From: Mizuhopecten yessoensis
Taxonomy: Eukaryota
NCBI RefSeq assembly: GCF_002113885.1
Contig: NW_018480057.1
Span: 301,208 to 365,207 of the forward strand
DNA: 64,000 nucleotides
Direction of reading: 5' to 3'
Part shown: one piece after another, positions 36,301 to 50,475 of the stretch
Numbering within the stretch: the stretch's first letter is position 1
Layout: each line of letters begins with the position of its first letter
Position numbers and translations under genes: made by a program
Notes under the pieces: generated by a model
The model's database searches: none
Seen by the model: only the letters and a program-made list of their open reading frames with translations
What the model was told of the DNA's origin: nothing

Positions 36301-38305
36301 ACTGCTGCTGTTACAGTCGGTTTATAGATAGGACCTTGGTTAAATGTTTACTGCTGCTGTTTCATTGTTTTGGAGGACATCCCTAACCTAACAGTCGGTT
36401 TATAGATAGAATATTGGTTAAATGTTTACTGCTGCTGTTTCATTGTTTTGGAGGACACCCCTAACCTAACAGGCGGTTTATAGATAGAACCTTGGTTAAA
36501 TGTTTACTGCTGCTGTTCCATTATTTTGGAGGACACCCCTAACCTAACAGTCGGTTTATAGATAGAACCTTGGTTAAATGATTACTGCTGCTGTTCCGTT
36601 GTTTTGGAGGACACCCCTAACCTAACAGTCGGTTTATAGATAGAACCTTGGTTACATGTTTACTGCTGCTGTTCCATTGTTTTGGAAGGCACACTAACCT
36701 AACAGTCGGTTTATAGATAGAACCTTGGCTAAATGTTTACTGCTGCTGTTCCATTGTTTTTGAGGACACCCCTAACCTAACAGTCGGTTTATAGATAGAA
36801 CCTTGGCTAAATGTTTACTGCTGCTGTTCCATTGTTTTGGAAGGCACACTAACCTAACAGTCGGTTTATAGATAGAACCTTGGCTAAATGTTTACTGCTG
36901 CTGTTCCATTGTTTTGGAGGGCACTCCTAACCTAACAGTCGATTTATAGATAGAACCTTGGTTAAATATTTACTGCTGGTGTTCCATTGTTTTGGAGGAC
37001 ACCCCTAACCTAACAGTCGGTTTATAGATAGAACCTTGGTTAAATGTTTACTGCTGCTGTTCCATTGTTTTTGAGGACACCCCTAACCTAACAGTCGGTT
37101 TGTAGATAGAACCTTGGTTAAATGTTTACTGCCGCTGGTCCATTGTTTTGGAGGACACCCCTAACCTAACAGTCGGTTTATAGATAGGCCCTTGGTTAAA
37201 TGTTACTGCTGCGGTTTCATTGTTTTGGAGGTCACCCATAACCTAACAGTCGGCTTATAGATAGAACCTTGGTTAGAACCTTGGTTAAATCTTTACTGCT
37301 GGTGTTCCATTGTTTTGGGGGACACCCCTAACCTAATAGTCGGTTTATAGATAGAACATTGGTTAAATGTTTACTGCCGCTGGTACATTGTTTTGGAGGA
37401 CACCCCTTACCTAACAGTCGGTTTATAGATAGGACATTGGTTAAATGTTACTGCTACGGTTTCATTGTTTTGGAGGACACCCATAACCTAACAGTCGGTT
37501 TATAGATAGAACCTTGGTTAAATATTTACTGCTGCTGTTCCATTGTTTTGGAGGACACCCCTAGCCTAACAGTCGGTTTATAGATAGAACCTTGGTTAAA
37601 TATTTACTGCTGGTGTTCCATTGTTTTGGGGGACACCCCTAACCTAACAGTCGGTTTATAGATAGAACCTTGGTTAAATTTTTACTGCTGGTGTTCCATT
37701 GTTTTGGAGGACACCCCTAACCTAACAGTCCGTTTATAGATAGAACCTTGGTTAAATGTTTACTCCTGGTGTTCCATTGTTTTGGAGGACACCCCTAACC
37801 TAACAGTCGGTTTATAGATAGCACCTTGGTTAAATGTTTGCTGCTGCTGTTCCATTGTTTTGGAGGACACCCCTAACCTAATAGTCGGTTTATAGATAGA
37901 ACCTTGGTTAATTATTTACTGCTGCTGTTCCATTGTTTTGGAGGACACCCCTAACCTAACAGTCCGTTTATAGATAGAACCTTGGTTAAATGTTTACTGC
38001 TGGTGTTCCATTGTTTTGGAGGACCCCCCTAACCTAACAGTCGGTTTATAGATAGAACCTTGGTTAAATGATTTCTGCTGCTGTTCCATTGTTTTGGAGG
38101 ACACCCCTAACCTAATAGTCGGTTTATAGATAGAACCTTGGTTAAATGTTTACTGCTGGTGTTCCATTGTTTTGGAGGACACCCCTAACCTAACAGTCAG
38201 TTTATAGATAGAACCTTGATTTAATGTTTACTGCTGCTGTTCCATTGTTTTGGAGGGCACCCCTAACCTAACAGTCGATTTGTAGATAGGGACTAACAGT
38301 CGATT
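33306..38305. repeat. 78-bp satellite array (~65 units, 5 kb)
   Basis: Unit aatgtttactgctgctgttccattgttttggaggacacccctaacctaacagtcggtttatagatagaaccttggtta; period 78 (34502, 34580), with some shorter deletion variants. Confidence 0.97.
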
Positions 38306-40749
38306 GTTTCCGCTGTATACAGTTTCTTGATTTCTAGATCAAACAACAATAGATATTTAACACCAATCCATTTTTTATTATTGTACTTGTTTAGATGTAC
38401 GTGTGTTTGACTTTTTGTTTGTTTTCAGCTCCGTTGATAGGATCTTGAAATCATAGCATGCATGATTGGTCACTACATTGGTATTTCTTGTACAGTTGTA
38501 TTTAAAAACTGTTCTACGAATTCGATATTTCTTGTTATTTGCAATGAAACTTAGTTGCTACTATCTAGGCAAAATGCAGTTTGGAACGAACGTTTTTGGT
38601 GTATTGTTTTCAGTTCAGTTATTTAAATAAATGTATTTACATACACAATATATGCCTCTTTTCAATCACAATTGTGAAAATCAAAGTATTCATGAATATA
38701 TAAATATTTACAGTGTGTCAAAATAAATAATTTCTGAATTTGTATATGAAATATTGCAGTTAATATTGATATAACATATAAAGAAAAAATCGTAAATAAA
38801 ATTCATGTCATGAATGAATATTTTCCAAAGTCTGAACAGTTAGTTATATACAATTTTATGTTCATAGATTAGTTTTACATAAATGTAATGAATTTGCTAC
38901 CTGTACATATCTATATATCACTTTCACGTACTTTCAAACACGAGTGCAGCGATTTTGAGTCCTATCTTGACGATTATTCTGTTAAAGAGCCCCGAAGTGA
39001 TCAGTGGTGCTCAAGAGATAGCAATAAATACAACGAGTGTATCAGGATTTGAATCTCGGCCGTCCGCGTGAACGCCAAACTGTTAACTTCGAGAAAACAA
39101 CCTTCAAGAACCATTAAAAAAGAAAATGCTAAGTTCGTGCTTGTGTTAATAATGTTTTCCTTATTTTATGATCCCTTTACATCGCCACAGCAAACAAAAA
39201 TCTTTATATTTTCCATTTAACAAAAATATTGATCACCACTACCAAAATATTCTTTATATCATAGTTCCCCAAATATATTACTTTTTTATATTACTGATAT
39301 CACTATTGAAAATGCTGATTTTGTCACTTCTACACAAACGTCCTACACGAATCTTCCTAGTACTAATATTAACACCCGGCCTCCTCTGCCTCGGCCGGGT
39401 ATTAAATCGATCCCATGCCATCACACCGGGGCGATTTTAGAATTAATTGACAGCTCATTGGTCCACATCCATAAATAAGTTTGTAGTATGAACTATTTCT
39501 GTTGATATCCTGCACAACTTGAAGTTTAACTCTGCCTAAACTGTCGTTAAATTATCAAGTTAACGTAGCAAGTGTAATCGAAATCTGAATTGAACGCCAT
39601 GTTGGAAAGTTCGTCTCTCTTCCGATATAGGTCAGACGTTCAAATATGGGTGTCATGACCCAATATGGAAATTGTAGTAAACATGACGGCATCCGTAGTA
39701 ATACTATATTTGGCCATGCAGGCCATATATAGAAAGGATAATTGAGATAACATCACGCGTGATCTGTCATGGGGGTCGTTTCTATTTTTTTCCCCAAGAC
39801 GGACTTTGTTAGTTTCGTAAAAGTGTTTTTGCATGGGTAAGGATCCGTTTTTTCAACAATTATGCAATATTTTGATAACATTATACGCATATGAAGCGTG
39901 AATTATATGCAATCTTACAGATTAACACTTTTGATTTTGCTCCATCAGTTGGTATAGGACCGCTTCGTAGCTCTGACGACGCAATATATAAAAAAATCTC
40001 TCGTCGTCAGAAAGCTACGTTATCGCAGCTAGAATCTCCCCTACAACGGCTTATATCTTCGCACAGAGTACTGTTTATGTCCATATATTGGGCCTTGTAA
40101 TATATTAACAAACTTGATATCGTATGTATAGTATATGAACATACTTAAAGCTATATATACACACATGGTGTTTCGTCTGTCAATGGCCGGAAGTTTGAAG
40201 GGTGACGTGTACATGAATTGCAAGGGGAACGTTTGCTTGTCGTCTCAACCCCGCCACTTATATTGTACACGACAAGGCTGTTACTGTGTCAGTCGACCAG
40301 TTATCCGTTTTTAAGGTTATTTATTAAGGATCCCCTGTCAAACTGCATGTAAAACAAGATAATTCCACCGTAGTTGTTTTACATAAATACAGTTTCCTAT
40401 CCTAATTTGCTGTATTGGATATCACTGGGCCAGAAGCTACCGCTGGTCAGGTAGCCCTTATGTTTAGAGAAGCCGTATTGTGATCGAAGGATCAGGGTTC
40501 GAATCCAATTCTGGCCCCTTTGCATTTGTACTCTCATAACACCCTCGTTGATTGTAATAATGTCATGTTCTTTTACAAAGGTTCTGCAAGGTATTGGTTT
40601 CTCTTAGTTATGTTTTGTTTAAGCTATTGTTGTGTCGGTAAAACTATTTCCTATTCATGCCTACAGTTGCTGTCAGTGGGATAGGGATCACTAACATCAC
40701 TTAATGTTTGCGATCACATATTTATATTACTTCTTTGTACGTGTTTGAA

Positions 40750-41135
40750 TATAATTTCACGCAATATGTTAAATATGCGCTTTGACCCCAATTAACGCAA
40801 AATTTGAAAATTAAGATATGTTTTGATATACACCTTTTATATTATGTACAGTCGGCTGCATTCAAGTGTCCCAAAAAAATGACTAATTATGTAAAAACTT
40901 ATATATGACGTATCGACCTTCGTTTCTCAGGGGACAAACTTTTGATTATAATTTCGCACAATATGTTAGATATGCGCTTTGACCCCAACTAACGCAAAAT
41001 TTGAAAATTAAGGTATGTTTTGATATACACCTTTGATATCATGTACAGTCGGCTGCATTTAAGTGTCCCAAAAAATGACAAATTATGTAAAAACTTATGT
41101 ATCACGTATCGACCTTCGTTTCTCAGGGGACACAC
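40750..41135 (+). repeat. 197-bp tandem duplication upstream of receptor gene
   Basis: tttgacccca at 40781 and 40978, with colinear flanks. Confidence 0.9.
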
Positions 41136-41333
41136 TCTTTGATAGGTTGTGACTGACAGTAACACGATACACCTGATACTGTACCACAATTTAATACTCC
41201 AAATATCCTACAGAGGAAACTGGCACGTATGACTGACCCACTTGTACCAGGATGTGTTCCGGCACTGACTAAGCTTTTGTTTTACTAATATTAGGTCCGT
41301 GATGAGTTATGTTTCAGTTTCAGTGTCCCTACA

Positions 41334-44300
41334 ATGGACAGGATACTATTGAACCTCATTTGTTTTGTCTTGTTGACCAGCGTAATTTTACCTGGACTAT
41401 GCGGTAAGTACTTTATTTTATTGGGAAAATATACTGATCACTGTCGTGCCCTTAACAGTTTAGGCTGGTAAATTGATAATGGGTAATCGTTACATGGAAT
41501 TATTAATCAATTAATTACTTGATTATGCGGCAAGTTCTTTAGCTGTTCGTTAGACCCCGATGTTGGTCGTAACCATGTTAAGGGAAGATATTCTGGCACT
41601 GTAAATGAAATACTTGTTTTAAGATTTTGTAACGTTATTTATATTTGTATATAGATTTTTCCCTTCTTGCTGTACTTTCACATTAGTTTCGGAGCGTATT
41701 GGACAGGGATTGTTAATTCCTTGACCGTTCGTATCACTGATGTGTCCTCACTAGACGAAATGACTATACACGGTGCAGTAAAGTGTTCATTTTGCATTTC
41801 TGTATCTACATGTTTGGATGCTTTGTTATATTGAACACATGTGTTGTCTGGGAATAAACAACTGTATTCTGTATGAATAGCTGTCTTAACGTTACGCTGA
41901 ACACGACCATATTCCATTACTCTACATTTCTCATTTCGTGCAGAAAATTGTCAAGACACCGATAACTGCTTGGAATTTGAATCATCACGGAATAAATGCA
42001 AAGAATGCAAATGGCTGTATGCAGGGGATTGTTGTGAAAAACGTAAGTAGACATAATAGAAAACTGACAACTATATACACTTAACCTAGAAAATTGATAT
42101 TTAACCACTATGACATATACTGTAAGTTATAACAGTTAATAGCTCATATCAACTAACATCAGCAACACTTTTTATCGCTTCTGCTGTTTACTTATCATGT
42201 GTAGCAGGAAATGCCGTGATAAGGACATAAAACAACAAATAAATTAACTAAAATACAATTCACAGTGAACAACATGACACATGTCAGTGCGTCAAAACAC
42301 AGGGACGACCTCAATAATTCTAGATTCAAGACACAACTGACAACGTCAACAATATCAGATCGTCAACACACAGGACACACGGTCAACAATATCAGATCAT
42401 CAACACACAGGACACACGGTCAACAATATCAGATCGTCAACACACAGGACACACGGTCAACAATATCAGATCGTCAACACACAGGACACACGGTCAACAA
42501 TATCAGATCGTCAACACACAGGACACACGGTCAACAATATCAACGAACACAGTGTATTAAAATACACTATATCAAACCGTCAACACATAGAGAAAACGTC
42601 AATAATACAAAAGTGTCGAACACAAAGGATAGTATCAACGACAGCATTGCGAAAGACACCAATAACGTCACAAACTCAATACAGCGGAACAATAGGAACA
42701 ATACGACAACGTCAACACACAGGGACATCATAATAATAATAAATCGCCATTACTGATAATAATACAGTGCCTACACACAGGGACATCGTTAATTTAATAC
42801 ATCGCTAACACACATGGCAATCAACAATACTAAAACAGCGCCGATACACAAGGACATCATCAATAATAATACAGCACCAATACACAAGGACATCATCAAT
42901 AATAATACATCGCCATTACTACTAATAATACAGTGCCTACACACAGATACATCATCAATTTAATACATCGCTAATACACGTGGAATTCAACAATAATAAT
43001 ACAGCACCGATACACATGGAGATCATCAATAATAATACATCGCCATTACTAATAATAATACAGTGCCTACACACAGATACATCGTCAATTTAATACATCG
43101 CTAATACACGTGGAATTCAACAATAATAATACAGCACCGATACACATGGACATCATCAATAATAATACAGCACCGATACACATGGACAAACTTAATGATA
43201 CGACAGAGTCAACATGCGGGGCATCATCCATACTATTAAAACGCTTACACATAGGGACAGCATCAAAAACACCAAAGACACAATACACAAGGACATCATC
43301 AATAACACCATAAAAACAACACGCCGGGACAATATGAATAATACGACAGCGCCAACACACAGGGACAACATCAATACAATTCCAGCGCCATTATCAATGA
43401 TAATACAGTGCCTACACACAGGGACATCATGAATCATGCGTCAGCGCCAATACACAGGGTCACCATACTCAATATTACAGCGCCAACAGGGATAACATCA
43501 ATTAAACTACAGCAACAAAACACCAGGTCTACATCAATACCGCCTCAGCGTCGACACGCAGGGATAAAACCTATAACATTATAGCGTCAACTATATTGGA
43601 CATCAATAATATCACAGCGTTAACACCCAAGATCACATCAATGTTGCTACAGTTATCACACATAGACAACACGATCAATACTACAGCTTTTACACACACT
43701 TAAGTACACTGTGTAGTGCAATGATGTTCAAACACATACAGTTGTATTATAGAGGGCAAACACTTCCTGCACAATCTTTAGAAGCTCGGTCATGATGTTT
43801 ACATTTTTACCTAAAAAATGATAGACTTTTTTTCTAATTTCTCACAGATACAATCCTAGCTGCTGAAAATATACGAAATCAATTTCACGACGTAAAATTT
43901 AAATATCATTTACAATAGAAAAAACATGATTCGTAAACATTTTCGCAGTCATGATTGTGTTTTCTTAGATAAACATGGCTTTGTGTTAGGTAAAGTCATT
44001 GTACGTTCTATACAGATTCGTATTTTGTTTTAATAGATTGTCCAGAAGGAGCATTTGACCAGAACAACTGTTCAGAACGTTGCAAATGTAACGGTGATAA
44101 TTTCGAAAAAGGATGCGATATTACCAGTGGGGCCTGTCGGTGTAAGCCGGGCTGGTCATCCACAACATGCGACAGGCGTAAGTGATATGGAAATTAACTA
44201 ATCATGTATTCAATCTGAGCATGAACTCATATCAAAGTTATAGGGATGGCCATAATATGTTTATGATGACCATAATAGATGTAAGGACAAGTGGATAATA

Positions 44301-47300
44301 TCACTTGTGTTTCTGTCGTTGCCTCTTCTGTCTCTTCTGTAGTTCCTTTATGTAATTTATTTGGTATTTCGTTTCTTGTTCCTTTTGTAGTATCCTCTGT
44401 TATGTTTTGTTGGTCCATCCATTTTTTATTTCCAATTTGGTGGTGTTCTTTATTATGAAAGCTTTTTCTCTCGTACGTACGACTATACTGCCCTAGTCAC
44501 ACATTCACGGATCGTCTCGACGGATCCACTACGGATGGAAACTCACGGATGACCCCGGAATAGTCTCTATCCGTGGTCCGCTACGGATGCACCACGGTTT
44601 GGCTAAGATGTACTACGAATAATTTAAGTACGGATAATAACGGTTTATTACGGACTACAACGGATTAGTACGTTCTACTACGGATCAGTAAGGATGTACT
44701 ACGGTTGTCTGATCCGTGGTGAATTTTTTAACATGTTCAAATACTGTCACGGATATAAAAGTTTTACTACGATTGACCCAGGCCACAATACGTACAGCTA
44801 CGGACCACTACAGATTGCCAGGAATGATGCCTAATCCGGCGTCTGATCCGTAAATGTGGACCGGGACATAACATTTTTCAATCCTAAACATTGACACGAA
44901 TAACCGTTCGTACGTTATACCGTGGGCTGGGCTTTTGTATATTATTTTTGTTGGCTATATATTTTTATTTAGAAAAATGTTCTTGTTGTTTCTCTTGCTA
45001 TTTCTTTTGTTGATATTTTTTGTTATTCTGTTATTGTTCATATCTTTGTTCCAATTGTTTTACCATTTATTCTTTGCTATTCCTTTAAAAATATCTTTCG
45101 TAAGTCTTTTTGATATATTTTTTTGTAATTTTATCATCCCTCCGTTGTTCATTGTCTTGCTAATTTATTATTCGTGTTATTCCCGTTTATTTCCGACAAT
45201 TTTTTATGCATTTGAAATATGTATAACGTTATTAAATATTATGGAAACGATAAATATCAGAACAATAAATACGAGTTTTGCCGATTAAACAATTATAAGA
45301 AGCTGCCACAAAACTTACATTAAGTTGAACTGTTTTGACACCTTACTGTGTAATGAGAGTGATATAATTGTTGTGTCCCCCGGAGGCATGGGCTCTTGCT
45401 GATCCGTGGATCAAATTTCAATAAGAACTACATTTAGTTTGACGTAACATTGTACTATGACAAATCATTTTGATGTTGTCATATGTAATTTAAATAGCGG
45501 TTGCGTGCTGTCAAAGTGTTATCTCCGTGTATCATATGTATGTTTACCATATAACCTGCATATTACCTGTGTATCCAATGCCTCCCTGACAAGAAAAACG
45601 TTTAACCGACCAATAACACCCCCTCATCTCATCTCGAAGGTTTAATAAAAACTCCTAAGACTCGTTTCATAAAATCTCATATGAAATTAAAACTCATTTA
45701 AGATCCTATATATATGTTTATATTTGTTTTCTTTTACAGGCGACAGTACCATCACCTTAGATACAACTAGTGAGTATTTAACGCAACCAATCTTGTTCAA
45801 GTTACATTATTTACTATTCCTTTGCTCTCTTCCGTCCGGCGGTGGATTTTTACTGAACACTTGTTTCGAATTTCATCTGAAAATAAAGACAGCAGTACAT
45901 ACATAACAAAGACATGGCAATAGTGACATTTATCCTGAAACACAATATTATCGACTTGTTTGTTATTCAGTATTTCATGAAGTTTTGGAGGCTGCGATAT
46001 AATGAAAAGTAAAAACGGTGTTATGGTCGAACTCACATAGGCTATATGGCCTCCCGACTAATATCAAGCCGAAGGCATACATCTTCAATCATCTTCATCC
46101 CAAGAAATTTACATTGAAGTGAATATTACAAAAAACAACGAAAATGCACTTTGATTTGAATTTCTAAAGCCAGTATTTCAAATTTTTGGTAACATTTTAG
46201 TTTGCACTTATATTTATCAACCCAGCGGATGAGCTATTGGCATTTCCAGAATATAGTAGACAATATTATTAACACAACTACATTTAGCTACTATTATTAC
46301 AACTACATTTAGCAAGACGTCGCATTGAATTTGTGTGCTGTCAAATGCCATATAATAGCCAAATGCCATGCTGCCAGCGTGTTACCCCTTGTGCGTAGAA
46401 CCTGTTTACAATGTTAAACTTTGAATCTGTATCCATTTCGTAATTTTTGAGGTAGAAATGTTTAACTAGTCCACGCTATTTCCTATGTCGCCTGTAAATA
46501 AATATCTGTGGCACTAAAACATCCTTTTTCTTTTGAAGGCGACAGTACCGTTTTATTAAACACCACAGGTAAGTATTTGATTCTTGAAACTACGATCGTT
46601 ACTCTCTGTTTTCTCTCTTTTGCTTTGTTCATTTCTTCTTTGTTTAATTTTTCCTCTTTCTATGGTATGAACGTTTGTGACGTTTTTAGTATTTAGTATT
46701 TAGTATTTAGTATTTGCACATCAAAATATTTGTTGTTTTTGCAGTTTAGCCACTCTCATATGACGATCATTACTATTCTAATACCAATTATGCAAATGAT
46801 CTTTAAGACACGTTTTTTCTATCAAGTTAAAATCCCCAAATGGAAAAGTAAACAGTAAGAATAATGGTATTCAAAATTCGTAACGACGACTTTAAAAACA
46901 AAGGGAAAAAAGTATGGAAGCATTGCAAGCAAAATTCCTCTTCCCGGATTTGTTTCAATGACGTTCTGTGATAAGAGTATTATCTTATTTATCGAGGCCG
47001 TTATCTTTTCTACAGCTAAAGTATTGCTTATGAAACGGGAAGTTTGTTTCCAGCAGTTATCTTTCATTCGCCAGACGTCTTATAAATTAGACCATTCAAA
47101 ACGAGTTTTGTTTTAAACGTTATTTGATATAGTACTATTACCCTGGGTATATTTAATATATAGAAACAATAAATATTGTATTTCTAGGTTGTGTGGCTTG
47201 TCTGATGTACATGTACCCTGTTCTTCCTTACATTTTTTTTTTATCCGAACCGTGGTTATTTAAATATACAGGCATACGTTTTTAGGCTGCACTGATGCTC

Positions 47301-50300
47301 TATCATCGACCAGCCCTTCTCGCACGTAATAACGTACACGACTTATCAATAGAGAGTGACCGGTACCACTTTGATGAGCAACAAATGAGTGAACTAGGAA
47401 TCATTTAATCAAGTGTTATCGCAATCATCTACGTTGAAACGACTTTCTTGACAAGTTTGAATTACCTTTGATTTCTTTATGCTCTGCACTGTTAGACACA
47501 TTTCATGTTTTTAGATCAGGACTTTGGTAGCACCGACCTGAAGCTTTGCAAAATATGATTGCAGTTTTAGAATTATTTGATTTGTACTTAAGATCTTGGG
47601 AATGAAATGAATATGTGAACAAAACATTTTAAACTTAAGTTTTCGTTCAGGTTACATTAGACAGAGTGTCACGTGATCTATCATGATCACGTTTTGTTCT
47701 TCGTCGAGCGATTAAACTGTTTCCCTGTTTGCATTGCACACACTGTTGCTTTGTATACATGTTGTTAACGATTTAACGTCTTGACAGCAGAAAGTTGAAT
47801 AGAAGGCCGGGATGGATCTTGTGTTTAGTTATTGTTAAGTTGCCTCAACAAGATTAGTACAGATGAGAATCATGGCTTGGACTTGTTGACAAGTGTTAAA
47901 AACAACATGTACTCATCTGATGGCATAATCGTTCATTAAAACACGTATCTTTCAATTAGTATGATTACTTACATTTCACAGACATGACAAAGGATGTTAA
48001 CGGCACAGGGATCAGCGAGGGGAGAGAGGTACCATTGTCTTCAATTATCGCGTCTGTCATAGGTGTCGCTGTGATCATGGCTACATCATCAGTCTGCGTG
48101 GTATGCGCTGTCAGGCGAGCACACGGGAACCGGAGGTAAGTTCCTTCTTTCTTATATGCCAATATTCACACAGGTTATCTAACTGATTTCATTTCTTATA
48201 TATAGTGCCGTCTTGACCCCAACAAGAGGTTTCATTTGACAATTTGAACTTGAATAAAATCAAGATTGTAATGATCAAATTGTCAAAATTACTTTATCTA
48301 ATCCCAATTACTCAGAATTAAAGTAAATTATGTAGTGATAACACCAATCAAAATTGTGTTTATAGAGAAAGCAAAGAAAGGGAAGAGTCGCAATGTTGTT
48401 TTTGGGATTACAGATTATATGAATAAATTGTAATTTGAGGTCTGTGTATAGTCTTGCATACTTGGAGTTAATTAAATGTGATAACATAGGACCATATTCG
48501 ATAAAACATGAAAACGTATTGTTTAATCGAGTTTTTAGCTTTATTATAATCAATTTGATTTGCAGTTTCTTTGGTAACGGAACCGAGAGCAGTCAACGAG
48601 GTATACACTTTTTCTTTCCAATTCCTATAGAAACTACACAAAATGAAATACATATACAAAAAAACTCTTGTTGTTGTGTGTACATGTATCTGAATGCTTT
48701 CTTAAAACTTTGATTATATGATAATGTCACGTAATACGATGGTGTTATTTGATCAATATTTACAGTCTCATTGTGTGATGTGAAGGTCAATGTTTTTATA
48801 ATTATGCTCATTATTGTGCCTTGATGTTATATTGCCACTAACGTCGGTTTGTTCTTGGATACATGAACTAACTTGGAGTTTACCTTTATTTTAATGGCGG
48901 TTGTCGTCCATGAAGCTGAAGACGCTTACCCTTCTGGAACACCTGGTCTTATTCTCCTTAAACTGATGTAGGAAACTCCAGTTTGGTCGATTTTCAGTTC
49001 GAATTGCACTTGTATTTACAGTATTCTCTTATTTTGGTTTCTTAATAACATCACAAAATCTTAAAAAATGATCATGAAATCATGTAAATATTTGCAATAA
49101 GTTTAAACAGTTAAATAGTTTTATAAGTAAAAATGATAATGTTTTAATGATACGATTTTCCGCGTGTAAATAAACAAATGCGACAATATAAGTGTGATTC
49201 TTAATTTTGTAAATGAACAATTACGGCATAAGTGCTATTTGGAATAAAGATATGTTAATTTAATCACCTTTTTCATTGATCTATTAAATGTCGCACAATA
49301 AAATCCGGCTGTGGTTTTTGTGATACTCCATGCGAAACGTGTTTGCTGAGAGCATACAATAGTGTTCACATTTTGTAGTTAGGTTGCCATTGAGACGTGA
49401 ATCCCTCTGGTGTTTCTATTATTCAACGGTTTAGACGATTGATTCGGCTTTATGTTACATGGGGTGAAACTTCTACATTTTGGCCTCCTATCCATGCTGC
49501 TGATATTTATAAGATTGAAACACTTCCGGCAAACATCGTTCTGTACTATCGTTAATTACATAGCATTTATACAAAAGGCATTTGTATAATTTTTAAGACA
49601 TATGTTAGGCGTTGTATTTAGTTTGATGTCCGCATCGTTCTGCAGTTTGGGTGTATTTGTTTTCTCAATGTTAAAGTTTAGTAATATTTTCTTAATGAAA
49701 TTATTGCTGATCTATTCAGTATGACTTTACAGTTAATGTTTATTCTTATTAACAACATTGTCATCTTTATGTTCTCAATTTGGTTTCAGATCTTATATCG
49801 TCCACTCAAACAGCAAATACAAGTCGATCAGAATACAGCTATATAGATGTTCCCGACCCCGTCAGCACCGAATCACATGCGCAGAACAAGACAGGGTTGA
49901 GTGACCAGCAGGTGCATGGCGGGACCAGGCCTCGGTGGAACCGTTCAGTGCCGGGAGGAACGTTTGTCTACGACACGGTTACAGATGAGCTAATTTTGAT
50001 AGACAAATTAAAGAAAAGTCAAAAAATGAAAAGAAAACGAACAATGCGAATTACGGAAGACACGAGCGTTTCAAGTCAAAGACATAGCATTAATGACAAG
50101 TTGAATGATAAAAATAGAAAACGGAAAAGTTCCGGAGACTATAACGGTCGTTTAGGAACAAGGCATGGCGACCCTCATGAATATGACAGTTTTAATGAAT
50201 TGGCGAAAAGACAAAAGGCGGGGGTTAGCGACGACGCCGATTATAGTCATTTGGAAACATCGAGGTCAGGCGCCGGTGATTTATATAACACGTTTGAAGA

Positions 50301-50475
50301 CTTAGTAGAGGATAGACCGAACGAAAGAGTTAGCCCTGTGTTTGAATACGCACATTTAAGTTCGGTATTTGCGGGAAAAGCCGGCTCTTATTCGTATGTA
50401 GATGTTAAACCTAAGTGGTTGTCTGACACTGGAGATTTCGCGGGTAATTACCACCATATGAAATTACACATGTAG
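41334..50475 (+). CDS. Single-pass type I membrane protein with EGF/laminin-EGF-like repeats (MEGF10/SCARF-like), ~414 aa
   Basis: In-phase GT-AG exons: 41334-41403 (signal peptide MDRILLNLICFVLLTSVILPGLC), 41944-42042 (Cys-rich), 44037-44177 (CPEGAF...CSERCKC...CDITSGACRCKPGW...C), 45740-45769, 46539-46568, 47982-48135 (TM IIASVIGVAVIMATSSVCVVCAV-RR), 48566-48600, 49790-50475 (Tyr-rich tail). Further in-phase microexons may have been missed. Confidence 0.82.
42260..43700. repeat. Degenerate ~36-37-bp minisatellite with a homogenised core
   Basis: gtcaacaatatcagatcgtcaacacacaggacacacg x~5 at ~42345-42545, embedded in decayed acacagggacatcatcaataataatacagc-type units. Confidence 0.8.
44489..44868. 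mobile_element. Non-autonomous DNA transposon (PIF/Harbinger-like) rich in ACGG motifs
   Basis: Imperfect TIRs ccctagtcacacattcacggatc / gatccgtaaatgtggaccggg; many internal (t/c)acgga motifs; TSD not clear. Confidence 0.6.

Noticed and set aside
13444-38305. Regular arrays (53, ~67 and 78 bp) as CRISPR arrays
   Set aside because: No unique spacers (whole units repeat), no cas genes, and the context is spliced eukaryotic genes.
33306-38305. CCCTAA/CCTAA as interstitial telomere; Cys-rich ORFs in the array
   Set aside because: Only one ccctaacctaac per 78-bp unit; the ORFs are short repeat translations.
42265-43437. Thr/Asn-rich ORFs as a mucin exon
   Set aside because: Produced by the A/C-rich minisatellite (37-bp period shifts frame); no convincing splice sites.
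44935-45288. Very hydrophobic 117-aa ORF
   Set aside because: T-rich low-complexity intron sequence with a non-ATG start.
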